This document shows, in pieces, positions 25,885 through 35,503 of a DNA stretch of 64,000 nt. Position 1 is the first letter of the stretch, and each line of letters opens with the position of its first letter. Location of the stretch: assembly GCA_023511455.1 (NCBI GenBank), contig JAIMBJ010000014.1, forward strand, positions 1,949 through 65,948. Direction: 5' to 3'. The notes beneath the pieces were generated by a model. The model was not told the DNA's origin and ran no database searches. It worked only from the letters and a program-made list of their open reading frames with translations. Source of the DNA: Bacillota bacterium. Its GTDB lineage: Bacteria; Armatimonadota; HRBIN16. Both the position numbers and the translations under genes were made by a program.

Positions 25885-28800
25885 CTAACGGTTTGCAACT
25901 ACCGCGACCGGTGGCGGCTGCAGCAGGCGCTGGCGCATCTGGCGGGCTTGCACATGGTAGCCCTCGTGCAGGTAGAGCCAGAGCCGCACACGCGCCGGAA
26001 GCACTGGCTGGGCCACCAGTTCGATAGTGGCGTAGCGGCGCGCCTCGGCGGGTTTGCCGCGCTCCTCGCCCCAGAAGCCCTGCCGTACCCGATTGCAGCC
26101 TACGTTTTCCATAAGCAACAGGGAAAGGCTCTCGCTCAGGTCGCCGGGATGGAAAAGCGTCAATACCGGCGGAACCCAGTCGCCCATGCGCCAGCCGAAA
26201 TGCACCTTCGGGCCGAATATCTCTGTCGGCTGGTCTCCCGTGCCCACGAAGTTCGGGAAGGTCTTCGTCCACCAGCGGGCGTTGAATCGCGCCTCCAGCG
26301 CAACGAGTTCCTCTGCTTCCGCCGCCAGCGGATGCACCTGCACGCTCATCTCTACCAGTGGTAGACCGGCAAACACGCGGTAGCGCTGCGTTGCCCGCAG
26401 GGGCAGGTTGCCCCCGCCAGCGGTGGCCTCCACCGTCACCCACACCGGATTGCGCTCTATCACCCGCACGGTTGCCCTGCCGTTGCGTTGCCACACGATG
26501 TCGTCTACCACGAACTGTGCGGTGTCCTGCGCAGGGCGTTTGGGGTCGCTCCTGCCGAATGTGCCCATCCCCGCGCCGCCGCTTTGCGCGGCGTAGTCCC
26601 TTCCGGTGCGTTTGGAACGCAGCCGGGTGATTGTGCCTCCGGCATCCTCGCGCCACTCCAGCTCCAGCACGCCGTTGTCTATCCGCACCACTCCGCTGCC
26701 GGTCTGTACCTGGATAGACGGTGAAGGCGCTTTCCGCGCTGGCGATACCCCCAGCAAGAGCAAGCCGCTTTCCTCTACTGGCTCCAGCGCTATCCAGTCC
26801 AGCGCAAGGTTGCACACCCGGCGGTCGTTGCCTGCACCCCTCTCCGCCGGACGATGCGCCTGCGCAAAGAGCAATCGTACCTCTGCAGGTTGAGGAGACG
26901 GGCTTTTGCGTGGCGGCAGGTTCACCGCCAGAGTTTGCCAGCCAGGGCGCATCTCGACCTCGTCTACCTTACGCCCGTCGACGAAGACAGCCAGTCTGTT
27001 CTGCCAGAGCACCTGCCCGTGCAGCAACAGGCGGTATGTGCCTCCGGCGGGAAGGGGCAAGCGCAGCACTGTCTCGCGTCCTTCTCCGGGTATCCAGCGT
27101 ATCGTATTACCCTGTGCCCATGCCTCGCGTTGAGCCATGCCGCGCACAAGCACCTGCTCGTCGCCGGGGGAGCCGATATCGATGCGCCAGCTTTGAGTGC
27201 GCGGGGGGACAATGAAATGCATCCTGCCGTTGGCGATATGTGTGGGCAGGGGAGTACCATCGGGCAGATGTACCTGCCACGCTCGCCTACGCAAACCCCC
27301 AGGCAGTGGAACAGACAGCGGCGTCCCTCGCGCTTCATCTGCGCTGGCGATCAGCAGGCAGGATGCCTGCCCCTGGCGGGACGCGGGTAGACGTCCCGGC
27401 GCAGAAGCAATTACAAGCGGCGCTGTGCGTTCGTGTATACCTGCGCTGTCGCGCCAGCGGAGGGTAACGTTTGCCCGGCGGGCTTGCGGCTGTGCGCTGA
27501 ACGGTATCGGTAAACGCACCTCTTTGCGCACGCCCTCGCGCAGTTCGCCAACGCGGATACGCGCCCCTGAAAAAACGACCTCCACGTCGCGGGCGGTCTC
27601 GCCGGGCACGTCCTGCGCAGGGTGCCACCATCGCATGTCGCCATACGGGGTGCGCGGCGCGTTGGTGACCACGACCGCAGGCGCGTGAGAGCTGGCAGAG
27701 GTGTGCAGCAGGCGTACATCCGCGTTGCGCCCCACCAACAGTGGACGCAGCAGATACGCCGTTTGCTCCCGCCCATCGGGCTCCTGCCACGAGACCTGTA
27801 CGTACACCGTCTTCATGCCCCAGTCGGCGAAGGGTTTGACCTCGCAGGGCAGTTGCACCTGCTTGCTCTCCGCAGGCGCAAGGCGCAGGGTGATTGGTTT
27901 GCCCTGCACGCTGGCGATTTTCGCGCCGATTTGCAGCGTCACGCTGACCGGCGCCGAGGTCAGGTTCTTGACCGTCACAGGCAGGTTCACGATGCTGCCG
28001 GGATAGGCAAGCCACTGACGGGTATTCACCTGCACCGGCGCGTAGACCAGCTGATAGGCAGAGACGTATTGCACCGTGTCTTCAAATGGAAGAGAGGCTA
28101 CCCGACGCGGGATAAAGTGCCTGCCGTCTATGGTCAGGGTGGTCACTTCCGCCAGCGGCAAGCCGTCCGCTTCCGGGGGATGCAGCCGGATGGTCTGCGG
28201 CTGCCAGGTGCGGTTTTCGACGAGCAGGAAGCGGGTGGTTCCTGCCTGCAGCACCGCGCCCATCAGGTCGGGGGTGTCGGGCAGGTTACCATCGGCGAGG
28301 CGGAGGCATTTCTCGCAGGGCAGGCCAGCCACTTCTTCCAGCGCTTTTGTCCACCAGCGTGGGTCGTCGGTGAAGATGCCGTTCACCGCGAGCAGACGGG
28401 AGCTACCGATCTCTGCCAGCACGTCGCGCGGCAAGCCGTCACTGTAACGGCTAAGTGCTTTGCCTTGCGGCAGGCGGCTGCGACGGCGCTGCAGGGGAGC
28501 ACGGAAGACCGTATCGCCCTCGGTGAAGCGAGCGGCGTCGATCGGCTCCCATTCCACGCTCTCTTTCTCGCCTGCGGGTGCGTCGGGAGTAGAGATTTGC
28601 ACCCAGTCCAGCGCGAGGTTGCAGGCTCGGCTCTCGTCTTTGAACCGCTGTGGCTCCTTTTCGCGCGGTATCATCGCCTCCGAGAACTTCCACTGTACCT
28701 CCGCCACCCGCGAGGCACCGATAGCGGAGGCAGGGATACGCACCTCGTACACTCGCCAGCCCGGTTCCAGCATGACCTCGCCAACCCGCTCATCGTGGAC

Positions 28801-30549
28801 TATCACGCGCACCTGGTGTTGCCACATCACGCTGCCGTGCCAGCGCAGGAGCAGGTCGGTATTCGGCAGGGCAGGAAGCAGAAGGGTGGTGATTGTGCCT
28901 GTGCCGGGCGTCCAACGAACGGTTGCCTGAGTGCCTGCGCCGTATGCCCCTGGTGGCAGGTTGCCCCAGTCCTCGCGCCCACTGAATCCGGTCTGTAATA
29001 CCCGCTCGTCGCCCGGCACGCCAATGTCTACCAGGAAATTGAACCGCCGGGCGGGTGTTCCGGATTGCACGGAGGGTGTCGCAGGCATCGTTTCGCCGGT
29101 CCAGTCCTCTGGTAACGCCGAGACGATCAGCGTGCGGTCGCCCTGTTGGAGCCATTCTCTCAGCACTTGCGCAATCCGTTCCCGCTTGCCGTTCAGTCCG
29201 AAGCCCGCTCCACCGGATGGCGCTATCAGCACACGATAGTTTCGCAGATGTTCCATGTCGGCCTCACTCTGCAGAAGCACCTCGAAGGGAGCCTGTATTG
29301 CCCGAAGAGCCTGCACGGCATGGTAAAGGTCGTTGGGGTCGCCTGTGCCGCTTTCGAAAATCCAGTCGTTGACCAGCAGGGCGACGGGGGCTTGCATTTG
29401 CGGACGGGGGTAGGTCAGCTGCCAGAGGGTGCTGTAGAGCAGGTTCGTCTCGCAGAAGCGTTTGCCACCTTCGAAGCTCGGCTCGAGATTAGAGCCTTCC
29501 CACCACTCGTTCCAGCTGAGATGCAACACGCCGTCCACGAATCGCATCAGGTTGCCCACCCAGAAGCGGTCGTAGTGGTGTGGTTCGGGGAGGTAGCCGG
29601 TACCCGGCACGCGGATGCCCCAGTCGAAGTAGCGGTGCTTGAGGTGGTCGAAGAACACGCCGCCGCACCTGCGAGTAACCGCCGCCTGCAGGAAGCGTTC
29701 TGCATCCTGCTCGTGAGGCACCCCGAAGATGCCAGCATACGAGTGCGCCCCGCCGAACACACGCGCAAACCGCTCGAAGCCGAAGCCCATGAAGGGCGCG
29801 TAGCCCACGTCGAAGGAGGCAGAGAGACCGGGCAAACCAAACTCCTGCTGTATCAAATCCTCCATCTTGCGCCAGTCGCGTTGCCATATCTCATACTGAT
29901 ATTCAATGCTCAGCGCACGCTGGAAGCCAGTGCTGTTGACGTCCATGCGGATATCTTCGAAGCGACGATACTGTGTGCCCCATTCTGCGTTGAGGCGATC
30001 GATGGTCTGGTACCTCTCCCGCAACCACTGCTGGAATCCCTGATGGTGCACGGTGAGTTGCGGCGCGCCGTTGCGCGAGTAAACCAGCTGGAACGGCTTC
30101 CCGCCCAGCCACGTCCACACGGGCGAGCGGGCATACTGGCGCATCCAGTAGACGGTGTCGCGTCGTTCGCTGACGTTGCGCCAGAACTCGCGCATGGCGA
30201 AGTTCTCGCCGTCCTGATACAACCCCATGAAGAGGCGATAGCCCAGCGCATGTACACGCTCAGTGGCTTTCAGCACGGTGGCTTCACGAGGCTCCCCCCC
30301 TTCGCCGCGCCAGTCGTGCCCCCAGTAGTCCATGTACAAGTGAGTCATTCCCCAGTCGGCGGCGAGCAATTGCGAGCGCACATTGTCGGCGAGCTTGCGG
30401 TTGTCGTAGTAGCCGTACAGGGGCGTATTGTGGACGCCGTTGATCCAGTTTCCCCACTCGCCCGCGTGCGTGTCCCATTCGTACCAGTAAAAGTATGCTG
30501 CACCCACCAGGGGCAGTTTTTCCGATACCTGGTGCATATCGGGCTGCAT
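25885..30549 (-). CDS. 1554-aa multidomain glycoside-hydrolase-like protein
   Basis: N-terminal TIM-barrel-like region with SWNEWWEGSNLEP (GH99/WbsX-like motif) and QQWLRERYQTIDRLNAEWGT (GH42-like motif). Two copies of an unassigned domain of about 135 aa. GGGAGGG SD before the ATG at 30549. No signal peptide seen. Confidence 0.7.
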   Translation of the reverse strand: MQPDMHQVSEKLPLVGAAYFYWYEWDTHAGEWGNWINGVHNTPLYGYYDNRKLADNVRSQLLAADWGMTHLYMDYWGHDWRGEGGEPREATVLKATERVHALGYRLFMGLYQDGENFAMREFWRNVSERRDTVYWMRQYARSPVWTWLGGKPFQLVYSRNGAPQLTVHHQGFQQWLRERYQTIDRLNAEWGTQYRRFEDIRMDVNSTGFQRALSIEYQYEIWQRDWRKMEDLIQQEFGLPGLSASFDVGYAPFMGFGFERFARVFGGAHSYAGIFGVPHEQDAERFLQAAVTRRCGGVFFDHLKHRYFDWGIRVPGTGYLPEPHHYDRFWVGNLMRFVDGVLHLSWNEWWEGSNLEPSFEGGKRFCETNLLYSTLWQLTYPRPQMQAPVALLVNDWIFESGTGDPNDLYHAVQALRAIQAPFEVLLQSEADMEHLRNYRVLIAPSGGAGFGLNGKRERIAQVLREWLQQGDRTLIVSALPEDWTGETMPATPSVQSGTPARRFNFLVDIGVPGDERVLQTGFSGREDWGNLPPGAYGAGTQATVRWTPGTGTITTLLLPALPNTDLLLRWHGSVMWQHQVRVIVHDERVGEVMLEPGWRVYEVRIPASAIGASRVAEVQWKFSEAMIPREKEPQRFKDESRACNLALDWVQISTPDAPAGEKESVEWEPIDAARFTEGDTVFRAPLQRRRSRLPQGKALSRYSDGLPRDVLAEIGSSRLLAVNGIFTDDPRWWTKALEEVAGLPCEKCLRLADGNLPDTPDLMGAVLQAGTTRFLLVENRTWQPQTIRLHPPEADGLPLAEVTTLTIDGRHFIPRRVASLPFEDTVQYVSAYQLVYAPVQVNTRQWLAYPGSIVNLPVTVKNLTSAPVSVTLQIGAKIASVQGKPITLRLAPAESKQVQLPCEVKPFADWGMKTVYVQVSWQEPDGREQTAYLLRPLLVGRNADVRLLHTSASSHAPAVVVTNAPRTPYGDMRWWHPAQDVPGETARDVEVVFSGARIRVGELREGVRKEVRLPIPFSAQPQARRANVTLRWRDSAGIHERTAPLVIASAPGRLPASRQGQASCLLIASADEARGTPLSVPLPGGLRRRAWQVHLPDGTPLPTHIANGRMHFIVPPRTQSWRIDIGSPGDEQVLVRGMAQREAWAQGNTIRWIPGEGRETVLRLPLPAGGTYRLLLHGQVLWQNRLAVFVDGRKVDEVEMRPGWQTLAVNLPPRKSPSPQPAEVRLLFAQAHRPAERGAGNDRRVCNLALDWIALEPVEESGLLLLGVSPARKAPSPSIQVQTGSGVVRIDNGVLELEWREDAGGTITRLRSKRTGRDYAAQSGGAGMGTFGRSDPKRPAQDTAQFVVDDIVWQRNGRATVRVIERNPVWVTVEATAGGGNLPLRATQRYRVFAGLPLVEMSVQVHPLAAEAEELVALEARFNARWWTKTFPNFVGTGDQPTEIFGPKVHFGWRMGDWVPPVLTLFHPGDLSESLSLLLMENVGCNRVRQGFWGEERGKPAEARRYATIELVAQPVLPARVRLWLYLHEGYHVQARQMRQRLLQPPPVAVVANR

Positions 30550-30700
30550 GATGAGGCACCCTCCCGCGTATGGTCTCGGAAGCCATCGTTCTTGATGGGG
30601 TAGAGAACTTCCTGTTCGGCGGTTGCGCCGACTCTTTCCTGCACTTCGGCGCTCGCACGAGGTTTTTTTCAAATTTTACGAAAAACCCGCAGGAAAACGC

Positions 30701-30729
30701 TTGACACCTCTGGCAGAGCGATATACAAT
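30701..30729 (+). promoter_or_regulatory. Sigma70-type promoter of the regulator gene
   Basis: TTGACA (30701-30706), 17-nt spacer, TACAAT (30724-30729). Confidence 0.55.
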
Positions 30730-30759
30730 ACCAGTGTTACAGTAAACTATAACACTGGT
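30730..30759. promoter_or_regulatory. Perfect 10-bp inverted repeat, candidate operator
   Basis: ACCAGTGTTA (30730-30739), 10-nt spacer, TAACACTGGT (30750-30759). It starts immediately after the -10 box. Confidence 0.5.
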
Positions 30760-30769
30760 TGTGAGAACG

Positions 30770-31876
30770 ATGAGCATTCAAGTTGTGGACAGGAACAATC
30801 CACTACCGCGCTACGTTCAGGCGATGCTGATTATCCAGCAGCGCATCCGTTCGGGCAAGTATCGCCCGGGCGAGCGCATCCCTGGCGAGCGCGACCTGGC
30901 AGTAGAGCTGCGCGTCAGCCAGATGACCATGAACCGGGCGCTCATGGAACTGGCGAAGGAAGGCTGGATACGGCGTGAGCACGGTAAAGGAACCTTTGTG
31001 CCGGAGAACTTCTGCCCACCGCCTCCCGAGGTATTACAAATCGGGGTGGTGGCGCACATCCCCGCCGAACACGCTCTGGAAGACTTTTATCTCGGCTCGC
31101 TCTTTCGGGGGATGCAACGCGCCATTGTCAACACTTCTGTCAGTCTGTCTATCCTCGAGGTGCCCGCGGACGAGATAGAAAAAATCGGTGAAGCGCTTCT
31201 GGACGGCTTGCTGGTGCTGGATATGCTGGAGCAGAACGTGGAAAAGGTCAACCAGCTTTATCGGGCAGGGTTGAAGATGGTGGTTCTCGGTGCTTCCTGG
31301 GAAGGGTTGGAGGTGCCCTTTGTGGATAGCGACAACGTCGCGGGTACCCGTGCGGCTCTGGAACATCTCATCAGCCTGGGGCACCGACGCATCGGAGGTG
31401 TGTTTGCTCTGCCCCGTACCTGCAACACTCAGGACCGTCTTCGAACTTTCCAGCAAACCCTGCAAGAACGAGGCACGCCGCCAGACGATACTTTCGTCCT
31501 GATGGAAGAAGAGGCGACCTCGATATCGCAGCCCGGGCGCGAAAAGATACGGCAGATACTTCGCTCTTCCGCTCGCCCGACCGCTTTCTTCTGCGGAGGC
31601 TATTATCTCGCATTGGAAGTCATGCGCATCGCGCGCGAGGAGGGCTTGGATATACCGGAAGACCTTTCGGTGGTGGGCTTCGATGACCCGGTATCTGCGG
31701 CTCTGTTAAGCCCACCTTTGACGACTGTGCGTCAGCCTCTGGATGAGATGGGGCGTGTGGCCACAGAGATGCTTCTCGAATGGCTGAAGAATACGGCACC
31801 ACCCCGCCATGGCGTCGTGTTGCCTGCGCAACTGATGGTGCGTCAGTCTACCACGTCGCCGGGCGGTAACACATAA
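30770..31876 (+). CDS. Chimeric regulator: GntR-type winged HTH plus LacI/PBP1-type sugar-binding domain (AraR-like architecture)
   Basis: N-terminal LPRYVQAMLIIQQRIRSGKYRPGERIPGERDLAVELRVSQMTMNRAL resembles a GntR HTH. C-terminal VVGFDD..LLSPPLTTVRQP resembles the LacI-family core. Confidence 0.85.
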   Translation: MSIQVVDRNNPLPRYVQAMLIIQQRIRSGKYRPGERIPGERDLAVELRVSQMTMNRALMELAKEGWIRREHGKGTFVPENFCPPPPEVLQIGVVAHIPAEHALEDFYLGSLFRGMQRAIVNTSVSLSILEVPADEIEKIGEALLDGLLVLDMLEQNVEKVNQLYRAGLKMVVLGASWEGLEVPFVDSDNVAGTRAALEHLISLGHRRIGGVFALPRTCNTQDRLRTFQQTLQERGTPPDDTFVLMEEEATSISQPGREKIRQILRSSARPTAFFCGGYYLALEVMRIAREEGLDIPEDLSVVGFDDPVSAALLSPPLTTVRQPLDEMGRVATEMLLEWLKNTAPPRHGVVLPAQLMVRQSTTSPGGNT

Positions 31877-31903
31877 CGAACACACTTAAGGAGGGTTCAA
31901 CGG

Positions 31904-32647
31904 ATGCATCGCAAAAAACAGAGTTTCGCCTTTACGCTGATTGAGCTGCTGGTAGTTATCGCGATTATCGCGATACTCGCAGCCATCCTATTCCCCGTGT
32001 TTGCCCAGGCACGGGCTAAAGCCCGGCAGACCGTGTGCCTGTCCAACCTCAAGCAGCTGGGAACCGCGACCATGATGTACGCCCAGGATTACGACGAGAC
32101 CCTGTGGTGGCAGGCATTCCCCGGTTGCTATACCGACCCGAACACGGGACAGACGGTCAACCAGCTGTATTTCCCGGACCAGCTGTACCCCTACGTGAAG
32201 AGCGCAGCCATTTTCAAGGAACCGGACTTTAGCGGTTATCCCTGGCTGGCGTACTGCTGCTTCGCTCCATCGCCTAACGTGACAAGCCTGGAGGACTACC
32301 GTCTGGGCTATGGCTACAACGAGTTGCTGATGGGAGGTAGCCTGCGATTCGGCGGCTGGCCGCTGGCAGCGATTAACGAACCCGCCGAAATCGGTGTGCT
32401 GGCAGATGGCTACATGCCCTGGAACAGCTACATCGGTTATTACCTGGATGCGGGCGACGGCATCAAGCGCACCTACTGGCTCAGCAGTGACCAGCAAACC
32501 TGGTTCTATGGTCCGCCCCGCCATAACAACGGTGCAAACTTCATGTTCGCGGACGGGCACGCGAAATGGGTGCGAGTCACGCTGACCAGAGAGAGTCCGG
32601 TATTCTGGGGCTACTACAAAGTACGTCTCCATCCCACCGAACCCTGA
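31904..32647 (+). CDS. Prepilin-type N-terminal methylation-motif protein with DUF1559 (H-x9-DG) domain
   Basis: [26 protein letters not shown] and C-terminal [12 protein letters not shown]. Confidence 0.85.
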   Translation: MHRKKQSFAFTLIELLVVIAIIAILAAILFPVFAQARAKARQTVCLSNLKQLGTATMMYAQDYDETLWWQAFPGCYTDPNTGQTVNQLYFPDQLYPYVKSAAIFKEPDFSGYPWLAYCCFAPSPNVTSLEDYRLGYGYNELLMGGSLRFGGWPLAAINEPAEIGVLADGYMPWNSYIGYYLDAGDGIKRTYWLSSDQQTWFYGPPRHNNGANFMFADGHAKWVRVTLTRESPVFWGYYKVRLHPTEP

Positions 32648-32668
32648 CGCTAAAGGAGAACACAGCGG

Positions 32669-32887
32669 ATGAAGAAGGAGATTTCGCCGGCGGTTGCTGC
32701 GATAATCATCGTCGTGATTGTGGTGGTGATTGCGCTGGTCTACTGGCAGAGTACGCGCAACGAGCCGAAGCTGCCGCCTGCGCCACCGTCCGGTCCGATT
32801 GAATTGCCCCCCAGCCAGCAGGGGCGTCCTATGCCGGGAGGAATGCTGTCCAACCCCATCCAGAATCCGCCCTCCCCGGGACGGTAA
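32669..32887 (+). CDS. 72-aa single-pass membrane protein with proline-rich tail
   Basis: AVAAIIIVVIVVVIALVYW followed by a P-rich tail. Followed by a strong terminator. Confidence 0.5.
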   Translation: MKKEISPAVAAIIIVVIVVVIALVYWQSTRNEPKLPPAPPSGPIELPPSQQGRPMPGGMLSNPIQNPPSPGR

Positions 32888-32903
32888 GCCAACCAGCACG
32901 AGC

Positions 32904-32932
32904 CCCCTCTTGGAGACAAGAGGGGTTTTTTT
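32904..32932 (+). terminator. Rho-independent terminator
   Basis: CCCCTCTTG-GAGA-CAAGAGGGG followed by T7. Confidence 0.8.
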
Positions 32933-33106
32933 GTCACTCTCCTGAACCGGCAAAATCTTGCAAAACCGGCATATCCTCTGGTATAATGCTAACTGCTGCA
33001 ACCCGTCTGTGTTGTCCAGTATCTGCTTCCGGTCATCTTTCGGGTAACACGGACGACGCGAACGCTCCAGCGAGAGCGACTCATTACTTTGAAAGGAGGT
33101 GAGGTA

Positions 33107-34366
33107 ATGAGCCGTCTTGCGCAAGGACGTACCGTCGTGTTCGTGAGTACCTATCCACCTGTGCAGTGTGGGATAGCCACCTTCACCCGGGATTTAGCCA
33201 ATGCTGTAGAACTTCACGGATGGACACCGCTGGTGATTCCCGTAGATAGAGGCGATGTGGACTATGCCGACCAGCGGGTCATCTGGCGAATCCGCAAAGA
33301 GCGGGTGGAAGACTACGAGCAAGCGGCGCACTTTCTGAACCGCCTGCAACCCGCTGCGGTGAGTTTGCAGCACGAGTTTGGTTTGTTCGCGGGCGAGATG
33401 GGTGAGGAGGTCTTGCGCTTTGTGCGTGCGCTGCGCGTGCCGCTGTTTGTCACACTGCACACCATAGAGCCGCAGCCGCGCGACATCATGAAGCGCATCC
33501 TGCGGGAGCTCGTGACGCACGCACAGGGCGTGATGGTAATGTCGCATACTGCCATTCGGTTGTTGAAGCAGGTATACCATGTGCCCACGCACCATGTGCG
33601 TACGATCCCGCACGGCGCACCTGATGTGCCGTTTACCAGCACCGAAGTCGCCAAGAGCAAGCTGGGTCTGGAGGGCAGAAAAATCGTCTCTACTTTCGGA
33701 CTCATCAGCCGGGGGAAAGGCATCGAGGACGTGATTACTGCCCTGCAGGATGTGGTGCCGCATCATCCTGACGTGCTGTATCTGATACTCGGGCAGACCC
33801 ATCCGAACGTGCGTGCCTATGAGGGCGAGACCTATCGCGAGTCGCTGCTGGCGCTGGTAGAGCAGCTGGGTCTGCAGAACAATGTCCGGTTTGTCAACAG
33901 CTATCTGACGCAGGAAGCTCTGCTGCGTTACCTCGCCGCAACCGATATCTATATTACGCCCTATCCCAACCCGGGGCAGATTTCCAGCGGCACACTGACC
34001 TATGCCCTGGCGTGCGGGTGTGCCGTGGTGTCTACGCCGTACCTGTATGCGCAGGAACTGCTGGCAGATGGCAGAGGCGTACTGGTTCCATTCCGCAACC
34101 CGAAGGCTATCGCAGAAGCGTTGAATCGCCTGCTGAGCGATGATGCCTATCGCGAGGGGTTGCGCCGCAAAGCGTATCAATACAGCCGACACACCACGTG
34201 GACATCCGTGGGGGCGCAGTTCGGTCTGTGGCTGAGCCGGGCAACTCTGGCTTATTACGCCACAGCGATGCCATATCCGGGGCACTATCTGTCGCCAGCG
34301 TACGCGCCGGCTGGTGATACCGCTCAACCCGTTGCGACATCGGAGCGGTTGTCCGATGCGGTTTGA
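33107..34366 (+). CDS. GT4-family glycosyltransferase
   Basis: VFVSTYPPVQCGIATF N-terminus and C-terminal E-x7-E-type region (..SSGTLTYALACGCAVVST). AAAGGAGG SD. Confidence 0.85.
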   Translation: MSRLAQGRTVVFVSTYPPVQCGIATFTRDLANAVELHGWTPLVIPVDRGDVDYADQRVIWRIRKERVEDYEQAAHFLNRLQPAAVSLQHEFGLFAGEMGEEVLRFVRALRVPLFVTLHTIEPQPRDIMKRILRELVTHAQGVMVMSHTAIRLLKQVYHVPTHHVRTIPHGAPDVPFTSTEVAKSKLGLEGRKIVSTFGLISRGKGIEDVITALQDVVPHHPDVLYLILGQTHPNVRAYEGETYRESLLALVEQLGLQNNVRFVNSYLTQEALLRYLAATDIYITPYPNPGQISSGTLTYALACGCAVVSTPYLYAQELLADGRGVLVPFRNPKAIAEALNRLLSDDAYREGLRRKAYQYSRHTTWTSVGAQFGLWLSRATLAYYATAMPYPGHYLSPAYAPAGDTAQPVATSERLSDAV

Positions 34367-35339
34367 CTACCTGCATACCCTGCTCGGGCCTCTGGGGGTG
34401 TGGCAGCACGCCAACCTGCGCACCCCTGCCCCCGAGCACGGTTACTCGATAGATGACCAGGCGCGCGCGCTGATAGTGGCAACGCTGGCGAGAGAGCAGA
34501 TGCCCGCTGCCCTTCACGCCGCCCTGTGCGACCGTTGTATGCGCTACATCCGCAGCGCATTCCTGCCCAACGGAAGGGTGCGCAACTTCCGCTCGGCACA
34601 GGGCAAATGGCTGGAATCCGTCGGCAGCGACGATGCGCTGGGACGCACGCTGTGGGCGCTTTATATCTGGCTGAAACATCACCCGTCAGACCACTCCGTC
34701 CGGAATATGGTACGGCGCATGGAACGCGCCCTGATGGAGGTCCACTCGCCACGTGCGCTGGCATTTGCTGCGCTGGAGACCGATAACACCGACCTGTTGC
34801 ACCGGACGGTGGATAAACTGCTGACGGGCTATCACCATTACAGCGACCGCGAATGGCGGTGGTTCGAGCCGGTGGTGACCTACGAGAACGCACGTTTGCC
34901 ACACGCGCTGTTCGTTGCCGCCTATCGCCTGCATCATGCGGAGGGCATCGAAGTGGCGCATCAGGCGCTGCGGTGGTTGATTCAGCAAACCTTTGTGGCT
35001 GGGCATCATCGCCCTGTCGGCAACCACGGCTGGCTGGTGAAGGGCGGTGCGCCTGCGCAGTGGGACCAGCAGCCGGTGGACGCCGGCGCGATGGTGGAAG
35101 CCTGTACCGCCGCTTACCTGCTTTCGCACGAGCCGTTGTATCGGGAGAGGGCGGTGCTCGCTTACGAGTGGTACCTGGGCAAGAACGACCACAGGCTTCA
35201 AGTATACGAACCCGAAACCGGCTTCTGCCACGACGCGCTCACGCCGCACGGGTTGAACCTCAATGGCGGCGCGGAGTCCATCCTCTCATACCTGCTGGCG
35301 CACCTCACTCTGCAGAAGCACGGGCTTCTTCCACCATAG
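34356..35339 (+). CDS. Conserved hypothetical protein, possibly an (alpha/alpha)6 six-hairpin glycosidase-like fold
   Basis: Overlaps the GT4 stop by 11 nt. Helix-rich sequence with a GGAESILSYLLA-type C-terminus. The fold call is a guess. Confidence 0.45.
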   Translation: MRFDYLHTLLGPLGVWQHANLRTPAPEHGYSIDDQARALIVATLAREQMPAALHAALCDRCMRYIRSAFLPNGRVRNFRSAQGKWLESVGSDDALGRTLWALYIWLKHHPSDHSVRNMVRRMERALMEVHSPRALAFAALETDNTDLLHRTVDKLLTGYHHYSDREWRWFEPVVTYENARLPHALFVAAYRLHHAEGIEVAHQALRWLIQQTFVAGHHRPVGNHGWLVKGGAPAQWDQQPVDAGAMVEACTAAYLLSHEPLYRERAVLAYEWYLGKNDHRLQVYEPETGFCHDALTPHGLNLNGGAESILSYLLAHLTLQKHGLLPP

Positions 35340-35356
35340 CGGACTCCAGTGACGCG

Positions 35357-35382
35357 AACGGCTCGGCTCCCGCCGAGCCGTT
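35357..35382. repeat. REP-like extragenic palindrome (copy 1)
   Basis: AACGGCTCGGC-TCCC-GCCGAGCCGTT, an 11-bp perfect stem, 18 nt after a stop codon. The same element occurs inverted at 62638-62665. Confidence 0.6.
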
Positions 35383-35503
35383 TACAAGTCTTTGGTTGCA
35401 TTTGAAGGGTGAGCCTGCTGGTAAGCCGAACCCCCCACCAAACCTCTGTGCGACCGGGGAGGGGTTTGCCGCTGGGCAGGAACCTTGCCCTCCAATGGGC
35501 GCG

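Noticed and set aside
30550-30672. N-terminal extensions proposed by the ORF track. Examples: MKKTSCERRS.. on the 1595-aa ORF, 14798-15133 on the M20 gene, 36863-37360 on the membrane protein, 41543-41659 on the MBL gene and 24766-24939 on the beta-helix protein.
   Set aside because: The extensions are basic and low-complexity and lack an SD. They run through divergent promoters or neighbouring genes. Internal ATGs with good SD sequences give N-termini that match the family or a signal peptide.
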